A stretch of 64,000 bases of DNA from contig JANJWP010000021.1 of the NCBI GenBank assembly GCA_024709505.1, forward strand, positions 7,989-71,988. Reading direction: 5' to 3'. The notes beneath the pieces were generated by a model. The model worked only from the letters and a program-made list of their open reading frames with translations. It did not search any database and was not told the DNA's origin. Within the stretch, counting starts at the first letter, position 1. Each line of letters begins with the position of its first letter. Both the position numbers and the translations under genes were made by a program. This DNA comes from Candidatus Altimarinota bacterium. GTDB taxonomy: Bacteria; Patescibacteriota; Gracilibacteria; BD1-5; UBA2023. Positions 1 through 10,272 of the stretch are shown here, piece by piece.

Positions 1-273
1 ATAAGAGGTCGGCTGAACCCAGCCGTCAGGAATGTTCACTTTTCCGCCGTTAACGTACACGTCCACCCGGGAAGTTCCCGAAACGTAAGATTCGGAATTC
101 GCGTTGTAACGGTCCCAAAGGTGTCCTTGGAAGTTTCCATAGAAATCCACGTTCCACGTTCCTCCGTCACAATTGGAAAACGGCGCGGCGACGTTCGAGA
201 CCACGAGCGCCGAAGCCGAAGCCGGAACGAGCGTGGCAATGGCGGCGAGCGCCTGAAGAAATCGGATTTTCAT
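1..273 (-). CDS. Secreted hypothetical protein, 5' part (gene continues beyond the left edge)
   Basis: Hand translation of the minus strand from ATG 273..271 gives MKIRFLQALAAIATLVPASASA/LVVSNVAAPFSNCDGGTWNVDFYGNFQGHLWDRYNANSESYVSGTSRVDVYVNGGKVNIPDGWVQPTSY. It is open for 91 codons to position 1 and starts with a typical Sec signal peptide. It is missing from the ORF track because there is no stop inside the window. Confidence 0.5.
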   Translation of the reverse strand, partial: MKIRFLQALAAIATLVPASASALVVSNVAAPFSNCDGGTWNVDFYGNFQGHLWDRYNANSESYVSGTSRVDVYVNGGKVNIPDGWVQPTSY

Positions 274-285
274 GGCGAAGGGGTT

Positions 286-459
286 TTAAAAATCGGCGGG
301 GTTTCCCGACGGGGAAACTTCGGGGGCGGAAAAAGATGCCGGAGTGAATCCTTCTTGGGCCGCCGGAACCGGACGTTCTTCGGTTTTTCCGCAGGACGAA
401 AGGAACGTCGCGGCCACGAGCGAAACGAGAATGGTGACGCCGGTTTTCACGGTGTGCAA
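286..459 (-). CDS. Small putative lipoprotein (about 54-57 aa)
   Basis: Minus-strand ORF below the track's length cut-off. Start is TTG 459 or GTG 450: VKTGVTILVSLVAATFLSSCGKTEERPVPAAQEGFTPASFSAPEVSPSGNPADF, with TAA at 288..286. A lipobox L-S-S-C follows a hydrophobic region. An AAGGAAGG Shine-Dalgarno-like run lies just upstream of the TTG. The stop is 13 nt before the next gene's ATG. Confidence 0.4.
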   Translation of the reverse strand: MHTVKTGVTILVSLVAATFLSSCGKTEERPVPAAQEGFTPASFSAPEVSPSGNPADF

Positions 460-516
460 AGTTAGGAACCTTCCTTAGATGATAGTGAAGAAGAAAGAAA
501 GTCAACCGCTCCAACG

Positions 517-542
517 AAAGGCACCGCGAACGCGGTGCCTTT
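517..542 (-). terminator. Hairpin downstream of the 548..3550 gene
   Basis: AAAGGCACCGCG-aa-CGCGGTGCCTTT begins 5 nt after the TAA at 550..548. The T-tract on the transcribed strand is weak (TTTCGTT), so this may only be a stabilising hairpin. Confidence 0.4.
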
Positions 543-547
543 GAAGC

Positions 548-3500
548 TTAGAAGCCTCCGATCGAACCGGGAGCGACGACGTTTCCGGGGCCGGATCCAA
601 CGCCCGGGGTCGTCGTGCCTCCGGGGCCGCCGTTATTTCCTCCTCCGCCTCCCCCGCCACCTCCGACGCTGAAGGAAGCGCCGATTCCGAGATTGGTAAC
701 GTTGGTTTCCACCCGCCCCACCGGAGCGATGAGGTCGGAAGTTACCTGCGGGATTTCGGGATTGCATACGACCTGTCCGTTCGGGCCGGTCACGCAGAGA
801 TTGATGTTCTGTATGAGATAGGTGTCGTTCAAGCACTTCGCGAAGCGGGTGTAGGCGAGTTCGCTTGAGAGTTCGATATCCGGACGGAATGCGCCTTCGG
901 CCTTGGAACCGTTATTCAGGAGAAGCTTCCGCACGTCGTCCACCAATCCGATTTCCGCCGCGCCCACCGATTTCGCCTGGACATTGATCGTTTTCCGCAG
1001 CGATTCGAGAACGAACGCCGGGATTTCGGCCACGAGTTCGCGGCGGATCGCCGCATTGTCGAATTTGGTCGGTTCGACGTCCACGGCCTTGACGGTTCCG
1101 GAAACCGGAACGACGTCCTGAAAGCGTTTGTGGGATTTTCCCTGCGCGTCGATGGCGACCTGATGGAAATTGACGAAGCCGATGGCGTTCTTGATTTCGC
1201 GGGTATTTTTTTCGATGGAATCAAGCTTGCCAAGTTCCTTTGAGAATGCGGAACGGGCCGTGGAAATAGCTCCGACCGCTTCTGCTTGATCTTTTTTCGG
1301 CGTTTTTCCGAGACCGGTCTTGGCGAGGAGATTCTTGTCGAAGGTCGAACCGAGATCCCACGCGGAAGCGACGTCGGAAAGCTTGAGGTCCTTTTGGGTT
1401 CCGCGGTATCCGGTGCGGGATACGAAATCTTGGAACGCCTTCGGATCGGTCTTGATAGCATCGAAATTCCGGATGCGCCAGTCTCCGGCGGTTTCTTGCA
1501 GCACCATGTTGAGGAGTTCGCGCTTATCGGACGGCGAATCCTTGGAATGAGCGGTGGCAAGGGCCGAAAGCGGACGTTTTCCTTCGATCTTTACCGACGA
1601 AAGAAGCTTGTAAGCTTCCTCGGGGTTTCCGGAAACCGAAGCTCGCGAAATCGCCTCTTGAAGGGCGGGGATTCCGGTCGCCTTATAGCGGATATGGCGG
1701 CTCGTGATGCCCCGCATGGCGGAAACGACCTCATTGCGGAGCGCATCATTGGATTCCGCGACGTAGACGGATTCCTTCGGCTTCTTTTCGGAAACGACGG
1801 TGGAAGCATCGGAGCCCGGTTCAAAAGGAGTTTCGCTTATGACGAGCGTTTGAACCGATTCGCCACCGGCCTCAATCGAGTCGGAGACGACTTCGAGGTG
1901 GCGGAAATACAGGGGCTTGTCGCTTTTGACAACGCCGTTTTCGATTTTGAGACCCGTGCGGTTTTCCAGAACGTATTTCCGGGTCGGATCAATGGCGTAT
2001 TCGTATTTTCCTTCCGGCGTTTTTCCGAGCGAAATGCCGTAATCCGAAATGCTTCCGGAAGAAAGGCGGATGGCGTCTTGGGCAGAGAGTCCGTCAAGTT
2101 TCCCGGAAACGGCCTTCGCCGAAAGGTTCTCGCCGTTGATTTTAACGAACGCTTTGATCGGAAGAATCCCGAAGAGAAGGGCTACTCCGGCACCAAGTCA
2201 TTTGAGTTCGAATCCGGAATCCAAGCGAACGAGGCGATTGGCGAATTCGAGGAGGTTCGCGTCACGGAAAGAACGGGCCAAAACCTTATCGCGGGCGGCA
2301 TCGCCGGTACGCATCTGTTCGATGACGGCGTTGTAGGCCTTCGCTTCTTCCGGATTCGACGCTTTGGAAACGTCCATGAGGCCGGTATCCGGATTGATGA
2401 CTTCGTCGTAGGCTTTGGCGGCTTCTTTTACTTTGCCGACGATTTCGGCCTCGCGGTGGTTGAGGTTGGCGTTGGCTTCGACGACGATTCCGAGCGCCAC
2501 TCCGAAAATTTTGAGCGCCGGAGTCACGCGCAGCTCAAGGTTCGTTTTGGAATCGGAAGTCCTCCATCCGAGCTGATCGCTCTTTTTTCCGGTACGGATT
2601 TCGGAATCGGCAATCCCCTTCCGGGAACGCATTTCGAGATAGACCGGACCGAGAAGGAGTCCAAGACCGATGCCTTTCAGGGTTTCGGCGATTTCTTCGA
2701 ACGTGAGGCCCGATCCCTTCGACGCGCCTTTGGCTTCGAGGTATTCGGCGGCGGAGAAAATCTTTCCCACGAGGACGTGCTCCTTTCCGGTGAGGATGTG
2801 AAGAAGTCCTCCGGAAGCCTTTTTATCGCCGATTTTTTCGCCGACGGTGCGTTCGTAGAGTTCCGAAAGGGTCGTGAGACGGAGCGAAAGCGCCTCGACG
2901 AAACGGGTTCGGACGAATTTCGCTTCTTCTTCGTTGGCAAGGTTCAGGGGAGATCCGGCCAACCGCATGACGAGGAGGTCGAGAGAAGCCTCGTTTCCTA
3001 CGACGCGCTTGTCGGAGATAAGCTTCCGGAGCTGTTCGCGCGAAAATCCGGTCGAACGTTCTCCCTTGGAATTTTCAAAAAGGGAAGCATCGGCGAGAAG
3101 GAAGTCGCGTTTTGCCGAAAATCCGTTTTCGGAAGCCTTTTCGGAAACCTTGGGAGCCTTGGATGCCGCCGGCTTTTCGGTCGTGGCGGACGCCTCGATT
3201 TTCAGTCCCTGAAGGCGTTCCTTCAGTTCGCTGAAGAGTTCGTAAAAGTCCTTCAGTTCGCCGTTGTAGAGGGCGCGGATTTCCTTTTCTTCTCTCGATT
3301 TAAGGTTGTTGAGGGATGAAAGGCGTTCCAAAGTCGCGGTGAGCGCGGCGATTTTTTCGGGATTCGGATTGGATTCCGAACGGAGTTCCTCAGCGGCAGA
3401 ACGGAGGTGTTCCATGAGTTTTTCGGAATACCAGCGCGACTTCTTGCGAAGTTCGTCGAGCGTTACTCCGTCACGGTTCTCGTCAAGCCTCGAAACGGTA

Positions 3501-3550
3501 TCGAGAAGACCGGAATGGTCGAATGCGGCGGTTTTTTGGTTGCCTGCCAT
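548..3550 (-). CDS. Large (1000 aa) membrane-associated hypothetical protein with poly-Gly C-terminus
   Basis: Joins track ORFs 2198..3550 and 548..1717, which share a frame. The only interruption is TGA at 2200..2198, and hand translation of 1718..2197 shows no other stop. The N-terminal ~450 aa are helical. Hydrophobic segments include GIGLGLLLGPVYL, ALKIFGVALGIVV and [UGA]LGAGVALLFGILPI. The C-terminal part (~550 aa) ends in SVGGGGGGGGGNNGGPGGTTTPGVGSGPG. No family recognised. Confidence 0.7.
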
Positions 3551-3605
3551 GGGAAGGGGGTTTTATTTCTATTCCCCTCGACTCTACACCACTTTTCGTT
3601 CACGC

Positions 3606-3650
3606 GCAAAAAACCGAAAGGCCGGCCCTTTTTCGTGGCCGGCCTTTCGG
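3606..3650 (-). terminator. Rho-independent terminator after the 3667..4383 gene
   Basis: On the minus strand: CCGAAAGGCCGGCC-acgaaaaag-GGCCGGCCTTTCGG followed by TTTTTTG. It sits 17 nt after the stop codon. Confidence 0.65.
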
Positions 3651-3666
3651 ATAGAAAGCGGAGAAA

Positions 3667-4383
3667 TTAGGCCTTCTTCCGGCGGAAAGCGACGAAAGAG
3701 AGGGAAAGGAGCGCCGCGAGGGCAAGAAGGAGGAAAGATTCCGGACCGGTCTTTACGACGGTGGCCTGAGGCGGAACCGGTTTCGGCTGGGGAGCCGGAG
3801 CCGGAGCGGATTCGGCAGCATACGCGACGCATTCGTAGTGCATTTGGAGGTCGCCTTCCTTTCCGGCGGCGGAAACGTCGCGGAACGCGAGCGGAAATTT
3901 CGCGAGTCCGATGGTTTCTCCAGCGGTCTTATCGGATTTTTCAAGCGAGTAGTTGGCTCCGAGATCAGCCTCCATGAAGGTGATGGTTTTTCCCGGATCG
4001 AGAACGAATTCCTGTTTTCCGGTTCCGGTAAGGGAATCAACCCAAACCACCTCGGATCCGTACTTCCAAAAGAGCGAAGGATCGGAAGGATTGGATTTCC
4101 AAGAAACCCCTTCCCCACCGAGATTCACCATTTCGGGATAGACTTGTTCGTCCTTGTAGGCAATTTGTTCGGTATCGTTCTTGTTCGTCCAAGTGTCATA
4201 GAGACCGGTGATCTTTTGTCCTACGGCAACCTTGCCTCCGTCGAAACACTGGTTGCAGTTGTTGGCGGCGAAAAATGACGCGGTGGAGCAATCGACTTCC
4301 TTATAATCGCTCGGAAGAGCGAAAGCCGAAGAAATCGCAAAGAGCGAGAGCGTAGCGGCGAGAGCGAGGAACGAAGCCTTCAT
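3667..4383 (-). CDS. Secreted protein with a C-terminal sortase-type sorting signal (non-canonical motif)
   Basis: Track ORF 3667..4473 trimmed to the Met before a signal peptide (MKASFLALAATLSLFAISSAFA). The C-terminus has a Pro/Ala linker (APAPAPQPKPVPPQ), then VVKTG, a hydrophobic stretch (PESFLLLALAALLSLSFVAF) and a RRKKA tail. No TGA. Confidence 0.65.
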   Translation of the reverse strand: MKASFLALAATLSLFAISSAFALPSDYKEVDCSTASFFAANNCNQCFDGGKVAVGQKITGLYDTWTNKNDTEQIAYKDEQVYPEMVNLGGEGVSWKSNPSDPSLFWKYGSEVVWVDSLTGTGKQEFVLDPGKTITFMEADLGANYSLEKSDKTAGETIGLAKFPLAFRDVSAAGKEGDLQMHYECVAYAAESAPAPAPQPKPVPPQATVVKTGPESFLLLALAALLSLSFVAFRRKKA

Positions 4384-4456
4384 AAACCGTATGCGGAAGG
4401 GGATAAGCGGACGTTTGGCGAATAGTACGCCCGCGCGTGCGGAAGTCAAAAATTTT

Positions 4457-4485
4457 TTGCCGGGAAGCGGCATCCCGTATATAAT
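4457..4485 (+). promoter_or_regulatory. Sigma-70-like promoter upstream of frr
   Basis: TTGCCG (4457..4462), a 17-nt spacer, then TATAAT (4480..4485), about 30 nt upstream of the frr ATG. Confidence 0.4.
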
Positions 4486-4515
4486 CCAAAGCGTTTTTTA
4501 TCCCATGAAACGAAT

Positions 4516-5055
4516 ATGCTCGAAAATCTCGCCGCCGACCTGAAAAAGGCCGAAGAACACCTCCATAACGAATTCAACAAGCTCCAGGTAGGACGGGCAA
4601 ACCCGGCCGTTGTCGAAGGCGTCATGGTCGCCGCCTACGGAAGTCTCCAACCCCTCAAAAACGTCGCCTCGGTTTCGGTTATGGATGCCCAGACCCTTTC
4701 CATTCAGCCGTGGGACCGTTCCCTCATCAAGGATATCGACCGCGCCATTACCGAGGCGAATCTCGGACTCAATCCTCAAAATAACGGCGAAACCATTCTC
4801 ATCAAAATTCCGGTGCTCACCGAAGAGCGCCGGAGGGATTTGGTAAAAATCGCGAAGCGTTTGTCGGAAGAAGGGAAGGTCGCGGTCCGCAACATCCGGG
4901 CGGACTACCTGAAAAAAATCAAGAACCAGGGGGACGACGTTTCGGAAGACGTGGTAGCCCAACAAGAAAGAGACCTTCAAAAAGCCGTTGACGCCGAATC
5001 GAAAAAGATTGATGAACTCCTCGCCAAAAAGGAATCCGACATCATGAAGATCTAA
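4516..5055 (+). CDS. frr: Ribosome recycling factor
   Basis: Intact 179-aa ORF with full-length RRF-like sequence: LQVGRANPAVVEGVMVAAYGSLQPLKNVASVSV, IQPWDRSLIKDIDRAI, LTEERRRDLVKIAKRLSEEGKVAVRNIR. Confidence 0.95.
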   Translation: MLENLAADLKKAEEHLHNEFNKLQVGRANPAVVEGVMVAAYGSLQPLKNVASVSVMDAQTLSIQPWDRSLIKDIDRAITEANLGLNPQNNGETILIKIPVLTEERRRDLVKIAKRLSEEGKVAVRNIRADYLKKIKNQGDDVSEDVVAQQERDLQKAVDAESKKIDELLAKKESDIMKI

Positions 5056-5068
5056 TTTTTCCCGCCGT

Positions 5069-8000
5069 TTGCGCACCGTTTTGGAACCGAAAGCCTACTC
5101 GGGATCGGGGAACGCCTTTTCCCGGTCCTTTTTGGTCGGGGAAATCCGCGATTCGAAAATTCTCCACGTGTTCGATACCCAGTCGGCGGCGCGGCATTTC
5201 GCCGACGTTCGGAAATACGTCAAAACGATTTCGGGCGCGGGAGAATCGTCGGACGTCACGCTCATATCCGATGACGCGGGAGTTTTCGACTTCGCCTGCG
5301 CAAGCGCGGGAGAATTCGTTTCGACGTACGCCATCTTCGAGAAAAAACGGTTTTCGCCCTACCTCCTCTCAAAAAAATCCTTGCGCGTTTCGGTGGGCGA
5401 CCGATTGACCGAACGGGATTTCGTCTCGAAACTCCTCTCGTTCCTCTATGCGTTTGCCGAATATTCCGCCGATCCCTGAACCTACCGCCGCGATGGCGAC
5501 ACCGTAACGGTACGAACCGCGAGGGAACGGGTCATCGTAAGTTTTTTCGATGGCGAAATTGATTCGGTGTCCGTTTCGTCCCCGGAAGGAGGAAAACCCC
5601 GCCCCATGGGAACGTTCGTTTTCCCGGACCGGAATCCGGGAGACCGGTTTCCGGATTCCTTGGAGCAGCCGGGCGCTTCCGTAGCCGAAGGCTCCCTGAC
5701 GATTTTCCACGATCCCGATTTCGCCCCGCATTTTCCGGAAATCCGCAATTCCCTTGCGGATTGCGTGACGTTTTGGGGAATCGCCCATGGCGACGGAGAG
5801 GATTTGGGAATCCGGGACGCGGAACCGAAAAGCGAAGCCGAACTCCTTTCGATCTTGCGCGACGGAAGCGCGAAAGTCCGAATCTTTTCGAAACGCCCGG
5901 AGAGCGTGGAGGCGCTCTTTTCGGAGGAAGCGGGGCCTTCCTTCTCGGCTGGTCCTCGAGTCGGGCGGACCGACGGAACCGCAGCGACTTCAACCCTGTT
6001 AGGAGCCAGGTCCGCCGGTCCGTCCGACGACTCTGCGGAGGCCATCGAATGAAGCTCCGCTTCCTCCGGACGAGACCGAATCCGCTATTTCGTTCCGCCG
6101 AAGGGAATCCGTCTCGCGAGCTTCGTCGCGCAAGATCGGGACGGAAGCTTGGAATGGTTTCTCTCCGACGACGTTCTCTCCCCCCTGTTCGCCAAGGAAC
6201 GGACGGGCAAGACCGTTGCCGACCGGATGGACCTCCTACTAAAAATTTCTCCCGGAGATTATGTCGTCCATCGCGATCATGGAGTGGGAATATTTCACGG
6301 TACCGAAAAAAAATCCCTCGCTTCCGGAGAACGGGAATTCATCAAGATCGAATATGCCGGGGGCGACTCTCTCTTCGTCCCCCTTTCGGAAGCATTTCGA
6401 ATCAGCAAATACTTGGGGGAAGACCGTCCGAAACTCCAAAAACTCGGCGGTACCGAATGGAAAAAAGCCATTGAACGGGCCGAAGAGGATGCCGAAAAGG
6501 TGGCGAGGGAACTGCTCGACATCTACGCGAAACGCAAGCTTGCTGAACGTCCGCCAAACGTCGCGTTCGAATCGGAAGAATCACGGTTTAAAAAAGCCTT
6601 TCCCTACGAACACACCGCCGACCAAGGCCGCGCGATCGAAGAAATCCTCTCGGATATGGAAGGAAGCGAACCCATGGACCGCCTCCTTTCCGGTGACGTC
6701 GGGTTTGGTAAGACCGAGGTTGCGATGAACGCGGCCTACCGTGCGGCGCTCAATAGGCGGCAAACGGCCTTCGTTTCGCCGCTCGTCGTTTTGGCCTACG
6801 AACACTTCGAATCGCTTGCCAAGCGATTCGAACCGTATGGCATAAAGGTCGCCGTCCTTACCCGTTTCACGCGCGAAGCGGAAGAACGACTCATTCTCAA
6901 AGGACTCAAGGATGGAACCATCGACATCATCGTGGGAACCCACCGGCTCCTTTCGACCGACGTGCGGTTCAAAAACCTGGGGCTTCTCGTCGTTGACGAA
7001 GAACACCGTTTCGGCGTTTTGGACAAGGAAAAAATCGCGGCGTTCCGCGAGAACGTGGACATCCTCTCCCTTTCGGCAACCCCCATCCCCCGAAGCCTGA
7101 ACCTCGCGCTTTCGGGAGTGCGGAAAGTATCGCTCCTCACCACTCCCCCCCCAAGGAAAAAACCCATCGTCACAAGCGTTTCGAGATGGGAAAAATCACT
7201 CGTGGGAAATGCTATCGGCGCCGAAATCGATCGCGGAGGACAAGTGATCGTGCTCCATAACCGGGTGAAAACCCTTTCGAAGATCGAAGACGAAATTCGA
7301 ACCGCCTGCGCTCCGAGAACGCTTAAAATCGCGACCGTCCACGGGCAGATGTCGGGAACCGAACTCGAAGACCGCATCCTCGAATTCAAGCACGGGGATT
7401 TCGACGTGCTCCTTTCGACGACCGTCGTCGAAAACGGGGTGAATTTCCTGCGGGCCAACACCATTCTCATCGACGAAGCCGACGAATTCGGCCTCGCCTC
7501 GCTCCACCAACTGCGCGGGCGCGTCGGAAGAAAGGATGCGCAGGCATATTGCCACCTTTTATATCGGAAGGAGGCCCTTCCCGATGACGCGAAACGGCGT
7601 CTCGTCGCCATCGCGAGCAATTCGCACCTTTGAGCCGGATTCGAAATCAGCATGCGTGACCTCGAAATCCGTGGAGCGGGCGAAATTCTCGGGCTCAAAC
7701 AATCGGGAAAAACCAAGGAAACGGGACTTCCCCTCTATTTCCGCCTCCTCGAAGAAAAGGTCGCCGAACTTTCAAGCGGGAAACGGAAACCGCCCGAAAC
7801 CAAGATCGAACTCGACTTCGCGTATGGAATTCCCGATGTTTTTTTCGACTCGGAAATCGACAAGCTCCACTTCTTCCGTTCGCTCGAATCGGTGCGCGAC
7901 GAAGACGAACTCGATTTTGCCAGAAACGGATTTTTCGAAGGCCGAGAAAGGCTCCCTGAAAACGTCGAAAACCTCTTTTTGCTCGTCCGAGCAAGGATCC

Positions 8001-8221
8001 GGTTGTCAAAATTGAAGGTCGCCTCGCTTCGCAAAACGGGAAATTCGTACGTTTTCGAGTTCGCGGCCGGAACGGAAGTGGACGATCTCCGGAAGTTTCT
8101 CGAAATCGACCGGAACGGAACATTCGTCTTTACGGGAAACGGAAAAATCCGCGTCGGAACGGACGAATATTCGGGAGACCTCGATTTCCTGAAAAAAACG
8201 GTAGAATCCTGTTCGAAATAG
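5069..8221 (+). CDS. mfd: Transcription-repair coupling factor
   Basis: Joins 5069..5479, 5567..6052, 6149..7633 and 7652..8221 in one frame, with in-frame TGA at 5477, 6050 and 7631. It has a TRCF/CarD-type motif (GDYVVHRDHGVGIF), helicase motifs (GDVGFGKTEVA, VVDEEHRFG, LSATPIPR, QLRGRVGR) and HL[UGA]AGFEISMRDLEIRGAGEILG. The TTG start at 5069 is uncertain. Confidence 0.9.
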
Positions 8222-8232
8222 CCTTCCTTCTT

Positions 8233-9303
8233 TTGACCGCTCGAAAAAACCTCATCCTCTTTACCGGCGATTCCTCCGCGACCTTGCGGAAGAACCTTTC
8301 GGCATGGATGGATTCGTTCGCGGAAAAATACGGGGAAACCAACGTGGCAAAGCTCCGCGCCCAGGAAACCGAACCTCCGTCCGCCATTTCGGAACTTCTC
8401 TCGATGCCGTTTTTTTCGGAAAAGCGGCTCGTGGTTTTCGAAGGGATTCCGCGCGGAAAAGCGGGCATGGCCCGGGATGACGGAGATGTTTCCTCCGAAA
8501 ATTCGGATGCTCTTGCCAACCTTGAGGCGGCTATCCTTTCCGTTTTTGATTCGATTCCCGATTCGACGTTCGCCATTTTCGTTTCGGAAGCCCCGAACGC
8601 AAATTCCCCGCTTTATAAGAAGCTCGTTTCGGAATGCGACGTGAAAACGTTTTCCGGACTGACGCCGGATTCCGCCCAAGATTACGTTCGGGACCGTCTC
8701 CCGGGAATAACGCCCCGGGCACTGAAAATCCTTTTGGAACGAACGGCGAAAAATCCCGACCGGAAAAAAAACGAGGCGCTCGAAACGGACGACCGACGCC
8801 TGCGGACGTCCGTGGAAAAACTTTCCCTCGGATTTGGAGAAAACCGCATAGACGAAAAAGAAATCGAGGAGGCCGAACCGCAAACCTCAAATCAAAAGGC
8901 ATACCTTTTGGGTGACCGCCTATTGTCGGGCGACCTCGAAGGCACGATTTCGATGCTTCGAATGCTCCTCGAAAAAGATTCCGCCTACGCGATTTTTCCG
9001 TCGATCGTTTCGACGGTTCGAAGAACCCTCCATATCGAACTCTTGCGGAAAAATGGAAAAACCGATGCCGAAATTTCCGAACTGACGGGATATTCGGCAT
9101 ATTCCGTAAAATTCGCGAAGCGCCTGAGAGATGGTGAAAAACGGGCCGCGGAAGCCGCGTATGCCGCGCTCGTCAAATTCGAAACCGATTGGCGAACGGG
9201 AAACGCGCCGGGAGAAGATGAAAGCGATCAGCTCGAAACCGGCGTCACGCGAGCGGCGCTGGCTTGGGGAAAGGCCACAGACGAAAAAGGACGCGTTCGG
9301 TAG
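8233..9303 (+). CDS. holA: DNA polymerase III delta subunit-like
   Basis: 356-aa ORF. The N-terminal LILFTGDSS..., FFSEKRLVVFEG and the C-terminal helical part (KAYLLGDRLLSGDLEGTISMLRMLLEKDSAYAIFPSIV) match the HolA layout by eye. Similarity is weak and the start is TTG as given by the track. Confidence 0.65.
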   Translation: MTARKNLILFTGDSSATLRKNLSAWMDSFAEKYGETNVAKLRAQETEPPSAISELLSMPFFSEKRLVVFEGIPRGKAGMARDDGDVSSENSDALANLEAAILSVFDSIPDSTFAIFVSEAPNANSPLYKKLVSECDVKTFSGLTPDSAQDYVRDRLPGITPRALKILLERTAKNPDRKKNEALETDDRRLRTSVEKLSLGFGENRIDEKEIEEAEPQTSNQKAYLLGDRLLSGDLEGTISMLRMLLEKDSAYAIFPSIVSTVRRTLHIELLRKNGKTDAEISELTGYSAYSVKFAKRLRDGEKRAAEAAYAALVKFETDWRTGNAPGEDESDQLETGVTRAALAWGKATDEKGRVR

Positions 9304-9384
9304 CGTCCGACCCATTTCCATTCGGCCAAAATTTGCGGAAATCGGAAAAACGGTACAATCGGGGAGTATTTTTTCACGACCCCC

Positions 9385-10272
9385 ATGAACAAGAAACTCT
9401 TCGTCGGCGCATTGGCCGCGGCGTTGCTCCTCGCCTCCTGCGGAAAATCCGCGCAAACTCCCGAAAATTCGTCGGCATTCCCTTCTTCGGTCACTCCGGC
9501 TTCCGAACGGGTCGCCAAAGAAGGCGACACCGTCGCGGTCAATTACGTTGGCAAGCTTGAAGACGGCACTATTTTCGACACCTCGATAAAATCGATTGCC
9601 GAAACGACGCCGAAGTTCAACCCCAACCGCGACTACTCGCCCCTCCTTTTCACGGTGGGCGCGGGACAAATGATCAAGGGATTCGACCAAGGAGTGCTCG
9701 GCATGAAGGTCGGGGAGAAAAAAACCCTCCGAATTCCGCCCGAAGAAGCCTACGGGACCGGAGGGACCGAAGAAGTCGTTCCCCGTAAAGCGCTTGACGA
9801 CCAGTTCAGCGAAACGGTTCCGCGCGAAAAATACCAGGATGTTTTCGAGGTAACGGTTCCAGAAGCAACTTTCAAGGACCAAGGAAACGAGGTGCCGAAA
9901 ATGGGCGAAACCATCACTGCCGGCGGCGTTTCGGCAAAGGTTACCAAGGTCGAAGGCGGCAACGTCACCCTCGACGTCGAAAACCGTCAGAACCCTTTCT
10001 ACGGCAAGAAGCTCGCCGTGGGGCTCGAAGGCGATTTTGAAGGAAACAAAGTAAAAATTACGAGACTCGACGAAAAGAACGTGACGGTCGAGGTAACCAA
10101 CCGTCAGAACCCTTTCTACGGCAAGAAGCTCGCCGTGGGGCTCGAAGCACCAATTGGGGGCGAGCGTTTCGTCATCAAGAAAATCGACGAAGATACCGTC
10201 ACCCTTGAGCGTTCGCACGAACTTTCGGGCAAGACGCTCGTCTTCGAAGTCGAACTCATGGAAATCAAGTAA
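9385..10272 (+). CDS. FKBP-type peptidyl-prolyl cis-trans isomerase lipoprotein with duplicated insert
   Basis: Lipoprotein signal (MNKKLFVGALAAALLLASCG). FKBP core: GDTVAVNYVGKLEDGTIFDTS, LLFTVGAGQMIKGFDQGVLGMKVGEKKTLRIPPEEAYG. The C-terminal region has a duplicated NRQNPFYGKKLAVGLE segment. The TAA overlaps the trmD ATG (TAATG). Confidence 0.85.
   Translation: MNKKLFVGALAAALLLASCGKSAQTPENSSAFPSSVTPASERVAKEGDTVAVNYVGKLEDGTIFDTSIKSIAETTPKFNPNRDYSPLLFTVGAGQMIKGFDQGVLGMKVGEKKTLRIPPEEAYGTGGTEEVVPRKALDDQFSETVPREKYQDVFEVTVPEATFKDQGNEVPKMGETITAGGVSAKVTKVEGGNVTLDVENRQNPFYGKKLAVGLEGDFEGNKVKITRLDEKNVTVEVTNRQNPFYGKKLAVGLEAPIGGERFVIKKIDEDTVTLERSHELSGKTLVFEVELMEIK
9982..10147 (+). repeat. 49-nt perfect direct repeat inside the FKBP gene
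   Basis: aaccgtcagaaccctttctacggcaagaagctcgccgtggggctcgaag occurs at 9982..10030 and again at 10099..10147, identical by eye. It encodes NRQNPFYGKKLAVGLE twice. Confidence 0.85.

Noticed and set aside
1286-3319. 677-aa plus-strand ORF.
   Set aside because: It is antisense to the better-supported minus-strand 548..3550 gene. It has an R/G/F/E-rich composition, no motifs and no sensible start context. The same reasoning rejects 8920..10218 (-), 23099..24676 (-, antisense to typA), 29545..31635 (+) and 41613..42689 (+, both antisense to VirD4-like genes). It also rejects 36572..38095 (-), 49432..50358 and 50506..51516 (+, antisense to uvrA) and 52210..53328 (+).
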